Assembly (NCBI GenBank): GCA_965603825.1
Contig: CBFDEM010000018.1
Span: forward strand, 558,001-622,000
DNA length: 64,000 nucleotides
Direction of reading: 5' to 3'
DNA from: Blepharisma stoltei ATCC 30299
Taxonomy: Eukaryota; Protista; Ciliophora
Shown: positions 34,701 through 47,607 of the stretch, one piece after another
How the letters are laid out: each line of letters begins with the position of its first letter
How positions within the stretch are numbered: the stretch's first letter is position 1
Notes under the pieces: generated by a model
The model's input: the letters and a program-made list of their open reading frames with translations, nothing else
The model's database searches: none
Told to the model about the DNA's origin: nothing
Made by a program: the position numbers and the translations under genes

Positions 34701-37700
34701 CCCTGATTTCTTCTTAATTTCTTTCCAAGCTTCTAAACACCATTCTTTGCCTTCAATAAATTCTTGCAGGAATGGAACATCTGAGTATGTTGGTGATTCC
34801 CAATATCCATAGTCAGAGACATAGTCGTCAAGAGTTTTTGCAACTTGCTGACTTCTAATAACTCTTCTGCTGACGTCTTCTGAGTAGCTTCTGGTAAGCA
34901 TTGCCTTTTTGAGCTTTTCTCCAATTCCTGGAGTTGTCGATAAAGTCATCAAATTTTCATTGATTTTTCCAGGCTCCTTTGCAATGACTAAGCAAGAGTC
35001 TTTGATGCCATACATTAATAGAGGATTGCTGAGTAACTTAGACGCTTCTTCATCTTCTTGAGCAAGCTCAAAGTCTCCTGAAATTAATTTAGTGCTAATC
35101 AGCCCAAGCAACATACCACAGGCTTCTTTGGTTGTATCTGGCCACTGTTTCTTATAGTAAGACATCTCAACAACAGCTTTGATCTCTATTTTCCATCCCC
35201 AATAATTGACTGACCCGTCTGAATGAAAAGTGAAAAACATCTGAGTCTGATTAACTTCAAAAGGCTCCTTAGGGAAGTTTTCTCCTTCCCATCTTGCAAT
35301 TTGAGAGGACTTGGATTCGTCTGTATATAAAATCAAATAATCACAGCCATTTTCTGTTCTGCATTGTGGGTCAAAAACCAGGGTATACTTCTTCGCTTGT
35401 GGAGTTTTTACCAAGTAAGTCAAATCAAGGTTGTTATCATAATTGTGGGAGCTTTCGTAAATAGTGGTCACAATTCCAGAGCCTAATGTAAGTTTAGGAG
35501 GAGTCGACATAAAGAAAGCTAATGAAGCAATAATATTTTGGAGCAATGGCATAATTTTGCTTAAAAAGTCCAGTCCAAGCTTGCTTAGCATCAAAGAAAA
35601 CAGCAGCCCTTCTAAAACGTTTTTCACAATAGTTTTGTTGATTTTTTCAACAAGATTATCAGGCAGCAAGCCTACTTTATGCTTTTCAGACACGTGCTTC
35701 AGCACATCATCACTGGCTTGGCAGACTTTAATTGAATAAGAAACCAAAATATCTTGCCATTTCCCTTGGAAGTTCGCCTTTGCAGCTTGAGCAATCAGCA
35801 CGATCTGTGATGACTCCAGCAGCTTTATGATCCCAACTGTTGTTTCAGTTCCATCAATAAGCTTAATTGAATGACTCGCTGCCAAATCGCACAAGAAGAA
35901 CAAGTATTTTTCTATTGTAGCTGCATATTCGTCGTTAATCAGCTCAAGAGCAGGGAAAAGCACCTCAGGTGAAGCCATTTCGAGCAGAATTTTGTCTTCC
36001 AGCTCTTTGAAAACCCCCGATTTTTCTTGCCCTTTAATCATGCCTTCTAAACTTTCGACAAGGTAGGCCAGTTTTTCTTGAGGCTCGTCATAGAAAACTG
36101 AAAAACAGGAAGTCAGGGTAGCTGTGCCTTGTTCTGAAGCTTTGGTATTTGGTAGGAGGTTAAGGATTTCTGTGGTGTGCTCTATAATGTTATGGCGGAA
36201 TTGTAAATTTAGGTCACATTCTTTGATAAAGGCTGAGCCCAAAAGATGTGCTTGCAGCAGTTTAAAAGCAGAGTCAAGGATTTCTATGCAGGTTTCTTGG
36301 CTAACATCGCTTTGGTGCTTGGAAATTTCTCCACAGTAAGCTATAATTGAGTCAAGAATTTCAATTGTTGGGACTTGAACATCGAGAGAAATCCCACTTT
36401 TCTTTGAGGGAAGTTTTTGGCCGTTGTTAAGCTTGGCTAGATGCTTAGAGTTAAGGTTCGCAAGCTTTTTAAGGACAAATGCAGTGATTTCGCTTGGGCT
36501 AACCCCAGCGAGACTTTGATTGCTTTCTATCAATTGTGCGACCTTTGAGTCAAGATCAATTGGGATAGCACTATAAACTGCATCATAAATATCGCTTGGT
36601 AGCTCAGGATAATCTACAATAGAAATCTGACAGTTTCCATAAGTGACCCCAATTACTTTTGCGCTCTCCAATGCAATGCTTTGTGATCCTTTCGGGTCTT
36701 TTTCTCCATTTTTATAAAAAGTCACTGTTTTTTTATCCATATTTAAAAAGACGCCAAGTCTGTCTCCAGCCATCAAGCTCTGCCACTGGTGTTGAGAACT
36801 GTCCTTAATATAATAGTAGCCATTAGTTCTATACGTGTAACTTTGGACCCTGGAGTCATAATTGCTATCAAAATTTGCGTAGGCAGAATCTGCAACCCCA
36901 ATGTAGTAATCGTCATTTCTTTGCTCAATGAGGAATTCGAAATAGTGGACTCCAGTAGTATAGACGTCTGTGGATAAGGCTGCACTATAATTGGAGACTC
37001 TTGCTGAAATAGTCTTTTGGTTGCCTGAAATAGTCATGTTATTGTATGATCTGCTGTTATCCCAGGTTAGGTCTTCGTCGTATATTTTCAGCTCTTTAAA
37101 GCTTTTAAGATGCGGAGTCAGGAATTGGACAACTGAAGCAAATTCAGGCTCGTTTTTCAGTTTGAGGAAATGATTAGCAAGGGCTAAGATAGAGAGAAGG
37201 TTTCCTGAGGCAATGGCAAGAGCAAAGAGAGAAGAGATGCTGCTTTTCTTGTCTTGGTCACTAAGGTTGCCTAGTTCTCCACTTAAGATCTTTTCGAAGA
37301 AGACGACCATTTTATCAATGGTAGCATTAACACTTGGATCGTCTGTTTTTAGCGACAAAGGCTGCATTTCTGCAAGGACTTCTGAGGTATGAGAAATCAT
37401 GAACTTGTAGACGTTCGGGTTTTTGGATCCCATCATGTTGACAATTCTTAGCAAAGTATTGAACCCAAATCTCATAGTTGCTCTGGCCAAAGGAGGCATG
37501 ATGACGGTTTTCTTAGGTGCTTCTTTCTCTTTTTCAGCCTTATTTCTTTTTTCGCGCTCTTCCATTCTCAACAGAGCTTCAAAAATCCTGCAGAAGCCTT
37601 GCATTCTCAGTATCATTTCTTTGGAATTCGGATCATCCCCTCTCTTTCTGAGAATTTCTTCAAGGAGAGACTTGATAGTGTCCTCGTGCTTTTCACGTAA

Positions 37701-37952
37701 GCGAGCACTATTGATTAAGCTGCACATCATTGACTCCTCATCCTTGGTTCCTACATCATCAATCTTCAACCCTAGAGATTCTGACCCTGGCACATGATAA
37801 CTATCGAGGTCACTTCTCACCAAGAGCTCACTGACGTCAAACATGACTTCTGGATTTTTCAAGAGTTCTGCGTCTTTTCCAAGAGTTTTAACTAAAGCGT
37901 CGTTACTGAGCGATCCAACTCTTTGGACAATGTCACTTGCTGAGTTTCCCAT
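25773..37952 (-). CDS. Giant HECT E3 ubiquitin ligase, 4059 aa (3 SPRY, 3 CUB-like ESxHxY modules, UBA-like, C-terminal HECT)
   Basis: The 1454-aa and 2602-aa ORFs are in frame, separated by a single TGA (33588-33590). HECT motifs GEAATDAGGPY, FIWGRSRLP, LPVTHTCFFTIDLPPY; SPRY motifs GVHYFEF...GDRLGVFLNMD and GDTIGCYIDM. Confidence 0.92.
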
Positions 37953-38538
37953 AATTTATTATTAGATAATCACCATTTCTTTTCATTGGAGCGTAGGATG
38001 ATATCAGTGCTCATAGAAGTTCAAAGGCTTCTCTTTGGTGAAGCTCAATTATTTTTGGTTCAAAATGATTTTATTGCAAATAAAGAAATTAAAGTGGGAT
38101 TGAGATTTATCTCTGAGTGCTTCTGTAAAAAATTAAATTTTAATGATTCTTGATTTAGTAACTTTTATTCATATTTAATCAGATGATTTTCAAGGAAAAT
38201 TTATTTTATAATTATAGTAATTTTATTAAAATATCTTAAGGCATTTTTATATTTAAGGATTTTACTTTTTAATACTTATTTAATAAGTCATAGTAATGAC
38301 AGCTAAATTTGAGATCATCTTGAGGAAAACCCAGTCATTATTATTAAACTCAGATTAATAATGCGGTTTGTTATAGAAGTGCCACAATATTAAGAGTCAT
38401 GCATATTACTCAAATATGCGCTCTAATTCTTTTTAATCTCTTGCTCCCCTTAGCCCCTTAATAATCAGTAATCACTATGACACTATACAGCTATTATATT
38501 CTGCATATTAAAAATCCTTATCAGGTGTCTAATTTAAA

Positions 38539-39750
38539 ATGGACGTCCAACTCTTATCAGGACTGCTTCTCAAGCTCGAAAGCTACCCAGCTCTCAAGGC
38601 AAAAATAAAATCTCTCTACAACGAAACAGCCGAAAACAGCGCTCGAGTTGAAGAAGTCTATAATTCCTTGATCTCTCTAGTTGACTCAATTCCTCTGCCA
38701 GTCGCCAAAGTTCGGCCAGTCAAAGTCTATATGGCTGCCTGCATGGACATAATTCACTCAGGCCACTTCAACTGCATGAGACAAGCCAAGAAGCTCGGCG
38801 ATATTCTTGTCATTGGAGTCATTTCAGATGAGGAAATCAGACGATGCAAAGGGCCACCAGTGATGAACCAAGAAGAAAGGAGAATCATGGCTGAAGCTTG
38901 CAAATGGGCTGACGAAGTAATAGACGGGGTCGAATATTATGTGACTCCAGACATACTGGAGAGGGTTGGCTGTGATTATGTAGTCCATGGAGATGATTTG
39001 GCAATTAGAAAAGACACAGGGACTGACGCATATGCTGACGTCCGAGCTGCAGGGAAACTAAAGATCATTAAGAGGACTGAAGGGATTTCAACCACTGATA
39101 TGGTTGGGAAAATGCTTTTAATGACTTCTAATGAGCTTGTAACATCACCTCCAACACAGATTTCGGCATCAACCAAAACTCAGTTTTTGTCAACTACAAG
39201 GAGAATCAACCAGTTTTCGACTCCCAAAACCCCAGCTCCCACTGATAGGATTGTATATATTGATGGTGCCTTTGACCTTTTGCATCGTGGACATGTGGAA
39301 ACAATAAAGCGAGCCAGGGAGTTCGGCGACTATTTAATTGTAGGAGTTCACGATGACAGGACAGTAAATTCTATCAAAGGGCTTAACTACCCTATAATGA
39401 ACTTACACGAGAGAACACTCAATCTTTTAGCTCTCAAATACGTCGACGATGTGATTATGGGAGCTCCTTGGGAAATCACTGAAGACATGATAAAGACCTT
39501 AAACATCCAGGTGGTCGTTCAAGGGACCAATCATAAAGACTCAATGGTATCCACTCCTCACGAAGACCCTTACACAGTCCCTAAAAGGCTTGGAATCTAC
39601 CAAGAAATTGACAGCGTCTGCAACATCAATGCTGAAGACATCGTCGACAGAATTGTAGCCCACCGTCTTCAATACACAAAGAGAAACGAAAGAATGACCG
39701 CAAACCAGCAGCAGTACTACGAGAACAAGCAATTCGTCCCAGAAATTTAG
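38539..39750 (+). CDS. PCYT2: Ethanolamine-phosphate cytidylyltransferase
   Basis: Two cytidylyltransferase domains (HSGH, DGAFDLLHRGH), RTEGISTTD, YPIMNLHER. Confidence 0.92.
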   Translation: MDVQLLSGLLLKLESYPALKAKIKSLYNETAENSARVEEVYNSLISLVDSIPLPVAKVRPVKVYMAACMDIIHSGHFNCMRQAKKLGDILVIGVISDEEIRRCKGPPVMNQEERRIMAEACKWADEVIDGVEYYVTPDILERVGCDYVVHGDDLAIRKDTGTDAYADVRAAGKLKIIKRTEGISTTDMVGKMLLMTSNELVTSPPTQISASTKTQFLSTTRRINQFSTPKTPAPTDRIVYIDGAFDLLHRGHVETIKRAREFGDYLIVGVHDDRTVNSIKGLNYPIMNLHERTLNLLALKYVDDVIMGAPWEITEDMIKTLNIQVVVQGTNHKDSMVSTPHEDPYTVPKRLGIYQEIDSVCNINAEDIVDRIVAHRLQYTKRNERMTANQQQYYENKQFVPEI

Positions 39751-39797
39751 CTAGCTTAACTTAACTCAAATGGAGTAATAATTATTGGCGAAATAAG

Positions 39798-42700
39798 ATG
39801 GACTTCCTCAGCCCAGACAACTATTGTGGCCAAACCTTGCTCAGGCTGGTATCACGAGGTAGTGCGATCATCACAGAACTTCTTAGACTAAGCGACTATA
39901 TCCCCCCAGCCTTCTGAAACAAGCCTCCACCTGAAGCCCAGGTTTATGCTCCGATAATATCCGATTTCGAGTACTTCAAGAACCTTGACGCATACGAGCA
40001 GAAAATAAATGACAACCAAGAATATTTCGAGCTGGACGAGAACTTTAGAGAGTCCAACATAAAGATCCTGGAAAGGTTTTACACGCTTTTTGAAAGCATT
40101 TACAAGTATCACAAAGATTTATCGTTTTTCTTGAAAGAGCTCACTGATAATGTCTACATTCATTATACCCCTGAGATCATTCTGGAGAACTCGGAAGGCA
40201 AAAAACTGCTGGTTGAAGCGGTCTATTTGATGGGAGTCATGCTGATGCTGCTAGATTTCAAGATACAAGGGAGTATTAGGGAAAGGATGCTGGTCAGCTA
40301 TTATAGATATAAAGGACACTCAATTATTCAGAATATTGATGAAGTTTGTTCATTGTGTAGAAATACTGGATTTATCCCTGGCAAAAATGTGGTGCCTGAG
40401 AAAAGGCCTCCGAATTATCCTGAAGATTTCTTTAACAGGTGCACGCTGCCAATGGATGTGATAGAGTTGTGTATTGGGCATCTAAAAGATGATGACTTTT
40501 ATAATCAAGTTGCTGTTTATCCCTCTCCTGAGCATAGGCCGATAGCGCTTTCCCATCAAGCTGCAATTTTGATCATTATTCTTTACTTTAACCCTACTTA
40601 TTTAGAAACTGAGCAGAACAAAATGAGAGAAATAATCGACAAATTCTTCCCTGATAACTGGGTAGTAGCTTACTATTTAGGCTTCACTGTAGATCTAGCT
40701 GAGCAATGGGCTCCTTACAAAGCAGCGAAAAGTGCTCTTCTGCAGTACACTTTGAACGAAGAAAGTGTGATAAGCACCAAAAACAAGCATATCCAAAACC
40801 TCAAAATCCTCAACAAGCAAGTAAACCATTACTTAAAAGAAGGAGTTTTGACTGAAGAATACATTCTTTCTCACTCGTCTAAACTTATGCATTGCATGAG
40901 AGACTGTAATGTTACCCTAAAATGGCTTCTTTTATCAAGATTAAGTGCAGTCAAAAGAGTACTAGAAGTAGTTACAGCTGATCTCAGTATGGAAGCACTA
41001 TTGGAGCTTTTGATGAATGTGGCACAGTTTGAAAGAAATTTGAAAGCAAAGCTAGAGGTGATGCTGGAAAAGAAAGAAACCACTTGGCAAGAGGACAAAA
41101 TGCAGGCTGCCGTAAGGATGAATGAGCTTGCTGAGTATTTTTCAGGGACAAAACCACTCAGTAGAGGAGTGCAAAAGAATGAAGGGTATATGCAGTGGTT
41201 CCAACAAATGGAACAACAAATCAACTCACTTAACCTAGGTGACGAAAAAGGCTCATCAAGGAAAATCCAGCAACTGACTCAAGCTCTTGAAGATGTAGAG
41301 CAATACCACCAAATTGAAGGAAACTTGCAAATCAAGGTATTTTTGAATGAGACCAGGCAGTATTTAAGACACATGTCATACACTGTTAACCTTCAGCAAG
41401 ACATTTTGCAGAGAATTGCCAGAATCACTGACTTTTCCTATGCTTGGCTTTGTATGGATGACTTTTTAGACCTCATGCAAGAAAAAATAAGGAGAGAGCC
41501 TGTCAGTGTAAGACTCCTTGAGTCCACAATTTTAAAGCTTTCTTCAATTATGGACATTCCTCTGCTACGCATCATTGAGTCAGACTCTCCTGACCTTGAA
41601 TCCGTATCAGAATATTACTCAAAAGAGCTTGTAAAATACGTTAGGAGGGTGCTGCAGGTCATCCCACACGCTGTTTTCATGCTTCTCGACGAAGTTGCTG
41701 AACTCCAAAGCTCCAGCTTCAAAGAAATCCCAGAAAAGCTAAAGCGAGACGCCATAAAAGACTATGCCTGTCTTGAAGAGCGGCACAGACTAGCAGCGCT
41801 GACTCACGAGATTTCTGTTTTCACCAAAGGAATTCTGATTATGGAAAAAACCTTTGTCGGGCTTATTGAAGTGGACCCTAAAAAGCTGCTTGAAGACGGT
41901 ATCAGAAAAGAGCTAGTCAACAAAATTTCGAATATTCTTCATAAGTACCTAAACTTCAAGGATGGGACCTTGGAAGATTTTATAAGGAGAATTGACGAAT
42001 TAGGTGCAAAATTGACAAGCTTTAAGCAGGCTTTTGAGTATATACAGGACTTTATTGGGCTTTATGGGCTTAAAATATGGCAGGAAGAAATGACAAGAGT
42101 GATTGGGTTTAATATTGACTTGGAAGCCTCCACTTTTCTTCCTATGCAGCAAGCCTTGGACACTTACCAGTCTGCAAATGTACCAATCCCCAAGCTTCCT
42201 TGCGAGGATCCCAATTCACTTACCTTTATGGGCATTCTACTCAGAGAGTTGCTTAAATTGTGCGATATAAGGAAAAATGTGTATATTGAGTGGATGCACG
42301 GGTGGTATGATTTCCAAGGAAAAGAAGTAATTGGGCTTGATATCATGTCAAGGCTTCACAGATCTCTTGGAATTCATGGACTTTCTGGCATCGACAAGCT
42401 TCTCTGCTGTACCATTGTGCAAAACTTAAAATTATTCGTCAAAAAATGCAAAAGCTCTATAGACGCTGGCAACATTAACAACCTCTGGAGAGAGCTTCAG
42501 CCAATGTCCTGTGTTCCAGAACGAGGCAAACAGCTATACCAAAGCGTTTTTTTGCATATGAAAAATATGTCAAATGAGCTTAACATGATCATTCTGAGAA
42601 TCGGACAAATGAATCTTCTCAGAAGACTTATAGCATATGAAATCAATTTCCGAGGAAGAATCGATTCTCCTCTGCTGTGGAGTGCCTTGATGACTGTAAA

Positions 42701-43211
42701 TCAGTCTGTCGTCAATGATGTCAAGTCAATCCCAGAGTTCCCAGCTAAAGATGACAAGCTAATAGGTCAGCTTGAGCCTTTCCTGAATCAAATGGGCTTT
42801 TTATCTGCTTTTGAAAAGATATTTTTGAAGCCAGGAATTATTATAGAAAAATTCCCATTGATAATGGCTTTATATACAATTTACCAGATGTCGACTGTTC
42901 ACTATGAAAAGAAAATAGGAGGACTTATAAGGAATAAGCAAGAAATTATTGATGGAGTCCCGTTCACTGCTGGAATTTTAACGATTTTCAGACAGTTCCA
43001 TAGGGACCACTTCAGCTGCTATTTAGGCTACATTGGACAATTTGTAAGCACCGGCGTCGCGCTTGCCAGAGACAAAAAGACTCAAGAAACGCCTGCCGAA
43101 CTGACGAATATTTTAGTGTTTATTGAAGAATTAAGAAAACTTGCAGGGCTGCCGAGGCAGTATGCTGAGAATTTCCTGCCAAGCTATATTTTGGACCGAC
43201 TTTTAACTTAA
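39798..43211 (+). CDS. WASHC5: WASH complex subunit strumpellin
   Basis: True start [36 protein letters not shown] is reached across one TGA; [40 protein letters not shown]. Confidence 0.93.
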
Positions 43212-43217
43212 TGATGG

Positions 43218-45035
43218 TTATTCTAAAATTGTGTATCTGATTTTTAAGCTTTCTATATGCTCTTTAGGGATCATTGACGTCAGTTTGGTGCTTGAAAGCT
43301 TTAAAATGACTACGTCTTCAGAGATTTCTGAGAAATTAATGACGTAGTAGCCTAGATCTGTGAAGAAGCTGCTGCATTCTTTATCATTGATATTCTCAAT
43401 AAGAACACTTCCGTTATTTATCAACTGTTTTAAGGCTTGGGTGTCTCTACAGGAAACTTTTCGCTTATTTATGTTTTTAGAAATAAAAGGCAGAGCATCT
43501 TGCATAGGCCTGTAAATGCAACTGGACGAAGACTCTTTTTCTCTGTTTTTTGTGAATGCTTGAACACCGATGTTAAAAATGGAAAGTTTTCTTTCTGGGT
43601 CATTTTCTAAAAGGCTTTTAACATATGAAGAAGCATAAAAAATATTTTTGCAGCTTTCATTTGTGTAGAATAAAGAGCCTTCTTGGGAATTTTCAAAGCC
43701 ATAGCAGTCTTTTATTAGTAGGTAAGCTTCACTACTTTCTGGGAGTTCTTTGAAAACTACTGCTTCCCTATTGTCATTTTTGTGTTTTTTTGGTGCTTTG
43801 GTTTCTTCATTGTCAATTTTCATTGTGTCAGCTTCACAAACTTCAGTGGGAATTTCAGCAGATTTGTAGAGCAAAGCAATATAGAATCCTCCTGTGTTTT
43901 GGTCATTTGGCATAATTCTTATTGTGTTTTCAATATCAGCAGGCACGTTAATAGGGAACATTTCTTCAGTTATATATTTTGTGGTTTCAGGGATTTCTTG
44001 GTAACTTTTGTACTCTTCAAATATTTTTTGCTCTCTTTTTCTGTGCCCTCCCAGCATTTTCCAGCTCCTCAAGCCTTTCCTTATAATAAACCCAGGACAA
44101 ATTTCAGCCATTTTTTCATGCAAATTCATAATTTTCAGACTATCCCCAAATTTTCTAAAAATTCCAGCAACAACTGCTTCATTTTCAATAGGATTAAGTG
44201 AGCACGTTGAATAGCAAACAAACCCTCCCACTTTGCATAGCTGAAGAGCTCTAGTCAATATTTCGCTTTGCAAGCCAAACATTGAGTGTCCGTCTTTTAT
44301 GTTCCAATTTTTCCACCTCTGTGGCATTTTTCTAATAGCCCCATCCCCTGTACAAGGCACGTCACAAAGCACGCGGTCAAATTGAAAAGCTAAGCCAGCA
44401 TTTTGAATATTTGGCAGATTTTGTGCAGGATGGTTGACGACCACCATACAGCTGGTATTGCTTCTATGAAGCTGATGAATAAGCATGTATGCTCTGTCTT
44501 TATCAATTTCATTAGCCACCACAAGCCCTTTCCCATTTATAAGCTCAATGATTTGGGCTGTTTTGGACCCTGGGGCTGCACATATGTCGAGAACAGTTTG
44601 GCCTTGTTGGAGATTAAGTACTAGAGGAGGGATCATGGAAACTAGCTCTTGTCTTGTGATAAGGCCACTGTCATTGGCTTTAAGCAAATATGAATGGAAA
44701 GATTTGACGGATTCCACCTTTCTCAGCTCAGTTCGATTGCTATTTGCTTCGTAGGCGAGAAGGCCTGGATATCAAGGAATTTGTCTGACTTGGAAAACTT
44801 CTGTATTGAAATCTGGAGAGTTTAGCTTGTCTATAAGCGCTTGGTAGTTTTTTTGGGTTGGGTTTATGCGAAATGTGACAGGTAATGGCGTTTTTATGAT
44901 TGTTCAAAAGTCCTGGAAATCAGCTTCACTTATGCTGAGTTGGTTTCAGTAGAATTCTCTTAAAATAGAATTTTCTTTTGTGTCGCGATTTTCTGTTTTT
45001 TGCTTCTTCTTAGGAAGAGATGGGTCTTGTTCCAT
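43218..45035 (-). CDS. NSUN2: tRNA m5C methyltransferase (NSUN2/Trm4 family)
   Basis: ITRQELVSMIPP, LDICAAPGSKT, FDRVLCDVPCTGDG, YSTCSLNPIENEAVV. N-terminus extends via TGAs (LPVTFRI, IP-W-YP) to ATG at 45035. Confidence 0.9.
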
Positions 45036-45381
45036 TTATATCTGATGCTTTAGCACTAAAATCGATTAGTGATGTTGAAGAATTTATAGATTTATATAAT
45101 GAATTAGATATTATTTATATTAGTAAATCAAGCTTAAATTTGCATATGACTATAATTGTCTTTTTATAGATTAAATCCTTGAAACTAAAATATTGCGCTC
45201 AATTCTAAATTTAACTCTTATGTTCCATGATATAAATTATAATAACCATCTATTCCTCATTAATCTTCTAAATTATTTTATTTTTTTAAAGAACTTTGCC
45301 AGGCTCATTATTTCTCAAAAACTTATCCCCTGAGCTTTTCATTTTTTTATATCTCTCTCAATAACATCAGATATTTATAAA

Positions 45382-46713
45382 ATGAATGTTGAAAGTTCAC
45401 ACAAAATCACACAAAATTCTGAATTTTTTGACGCTTTTGAAAACATAGATGACCTTCTCGATCCATCGGAATCTGCATCAGTCTGCATGGTTTCGAAAAA
45501 ACCTCCAAAAGAAAAGAGTTCTTCCAATTCCTTTGACATCTACACAAGGCAAGAGACTCAGTCCACCTATTACACCAGCCACCGGTCATCAGGTCGAGCT
45601 GCGGACCTGAAATTGCCCCCATCTCTCCCTCTTTACAAAAAGAGCACAAAGCCTCTATACGCTAGAAATTTCACAAATATTTGTCTGGCTCAAGAAATCG
45701 ATCTAATACAGACTGCTGAAAGTAAGCACTGAATTTTTAAATTTTCGCCTGACTGCAAAGCCTTGGCTGTAGCAGGAGGGTCTGGGGTTATATGTGTGTA
45801 TGAAATATTCCCATGCGGTTCAAATGCGTCTCAACTGATAGCGAGTGTGCCTAGCGTTATAATGGCAGAGCATGTAGAGGCGATAACAGAAATCAATTGA
45901 AACTCTAATGGGTTACTTATAAGTTCTTCGTTAGATGGCACAGTCAAGATTTGGAATAAATACACAGAGCACTCTTTATGCACCTTAGAGTGCTCGAAGC
46001 GTGCTTATTCTGCATGCTTCCACCCTATCTATCCTGATTATTTTGCAGTAGCAAGCCATGATAATTTACTTAGAGTTATGAAATACCCAGAACTTACTAG
46101 TGAAGGCTTTTACCATGTCTCACAAAAAGTAATGTCCCTCTGCTATTCAAAAAATGGAAATTTCTTAGCTGCTGGGCTGGAAAGAGGAGAGGTTTTGATT
46201 TATGAGTCTAAAATTGACTGCAAGCTGAGGCTCAAATATAAGCTAAAATGTAAAAATCGATTTGGGCTGAAGGTTTTAGGAAGAAAAGTGGTAGGCTTGC
46301 AGTTCATGGACGACGATTATATATTAGCAACTACCAATGATTCGAGAATCAGATTATTTAGGTTCAAAGAAAGCTTGATGGTGCAGAAGTATAAAGGAAA
46401 TTTAAATTCAAAGTGTCCGATAAGGGCTGATTTATCCTATGATAAAAAGTTTCTTATTTCTGGGTCAGAGAATGGGCTGTTTTATATCTGGAATTCGTTA
46501 AGAGCCTTTGAGAAATCTCTAGGGAAAAACGGAGAGTTCGAAAGCTACGATGCGCGAGGGGTGAAAAAGCCGGAATTTTCATGCTTTGCTCCTGAAAAGA
46601 TCGTAAAAGCAGTCAAATCAAAATACAAAGCAGAAACAGGCCAAAAAGTGAAATACGTGATATTATCAGCTGGCTCACAGTCTAATTTAAGGGTGTTTTA
46701 CAGCCTAGAGTAA
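45382..46713 (+). CDS. WD40-repeat protein, WDR44-like
   Basis: ORFs 45382 and 46078 are in frame via TGAs (H-W-IFKFSPD, EIN-W-N); SSSLDGTVKIW, TTNDSRIRL, QKYKG, LISGSE. Confidence 0.8.
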
Positions 46714-46830
46714 GCATTCCTGTATTATTTTAATAACTCATAATGCAAATTTTCTTTGCTTCTCTTTACCTCATTTCATTCAGATTAATATGGAAAATCC
46801 CATTCGAAAGTCCAACAATTTTATTAATTT

Positions 46831-47505
46831 ATGAAACCCAAAGTAATCAAGGCTCCAAAATTCAAGAAAAGTGTCCTAGAGCCGTCTCCCAATCTGACCC
46901 CAAGTTTGCCTTTTATGTTTCCAGTCAGTACGCAAGAAGATGAATGCTCGACCACTAGCTCATCAGATCTAAAATCAAGCGGAGAAAGGAGCGAGACTTT
47001 AGAAAAGAACACAACTCAGACCAGCTTTAATAAAGAGCTAGCCAAAATAAAGCCAAGTTTAAAAGGAATAATGGACAGAAATCCTATAAAAAATAAACGA
47101 CAGAGGAATCGATCTCCTGAAGTTAATGTTTTGGCTGAAGGCTGTGGATTGCCATATCAAAGAAGAGCACGAAGTTCTTCGCCTCCAAGAGAATCTTTAA
47201 AAGTCTTCGAGAGAAAGAACTTTTTGCCTTTCGCAGTGAGGAAGCCAGTAATCCCAATTGTAAATAGAAGATATAAAGATGAGTTTTCTGGGATTTGCCC
47301 TGAAGAAAGTCTGCATAAGAAGCTAGAAGAAGACGAGGACGAAGATTTAAAAGCAATCAAAGAAAACTATTGAAAATTACTAGAAGCTGCGCCAAGGCCA
47401 GAGATGCAGAAATGCATTGCTGAGGAGTGGGATGAAGAAGACGAGCTTGACAATATAGAAAACCTTATCAGTGGGAATAGGAAAAAACTTCTTGGATTGT
47501 ATTAG
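46831..47505 (+). CDS. Hypothetical protein, 224 aa
   Basis: ORF 46831 is read through the TGA at 47371 to TAG at 47503-47505. Confidence 0.65.
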
Positions 47506-47607
47506 ATGCTTAATAATAAATATTGATACATTCATTTTATCAGAAATCTTATCCTTTTTTATGGCATATCTTACTGACTATTAAAAAAGCAGAGATAAAT
47601 AAACGTT

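Noticed and set aside
23465-37797. Many short antisense or alternative-frame ORFs in the track (e.g. 23524, 26212, 31228, 33172, 37423)
   Set aside because: Shadows of long real genes on the opposite strand; Ser/Phe/Leu-rich with no motifs.
38446-38461. CCCCTTAGCCCCTTA as a telomere-like repeat
   Set aside because: Only two imperfect units, internal, and not a match to an extended telomeric array.
37953-38538. tRNA or other ncRNA in the larger intergenic gaps
   Set aside because: No cloverleaf, T-loop or A/B-box pattern recognised by eye; tRNAscan-SE/Infernal would be decisive.
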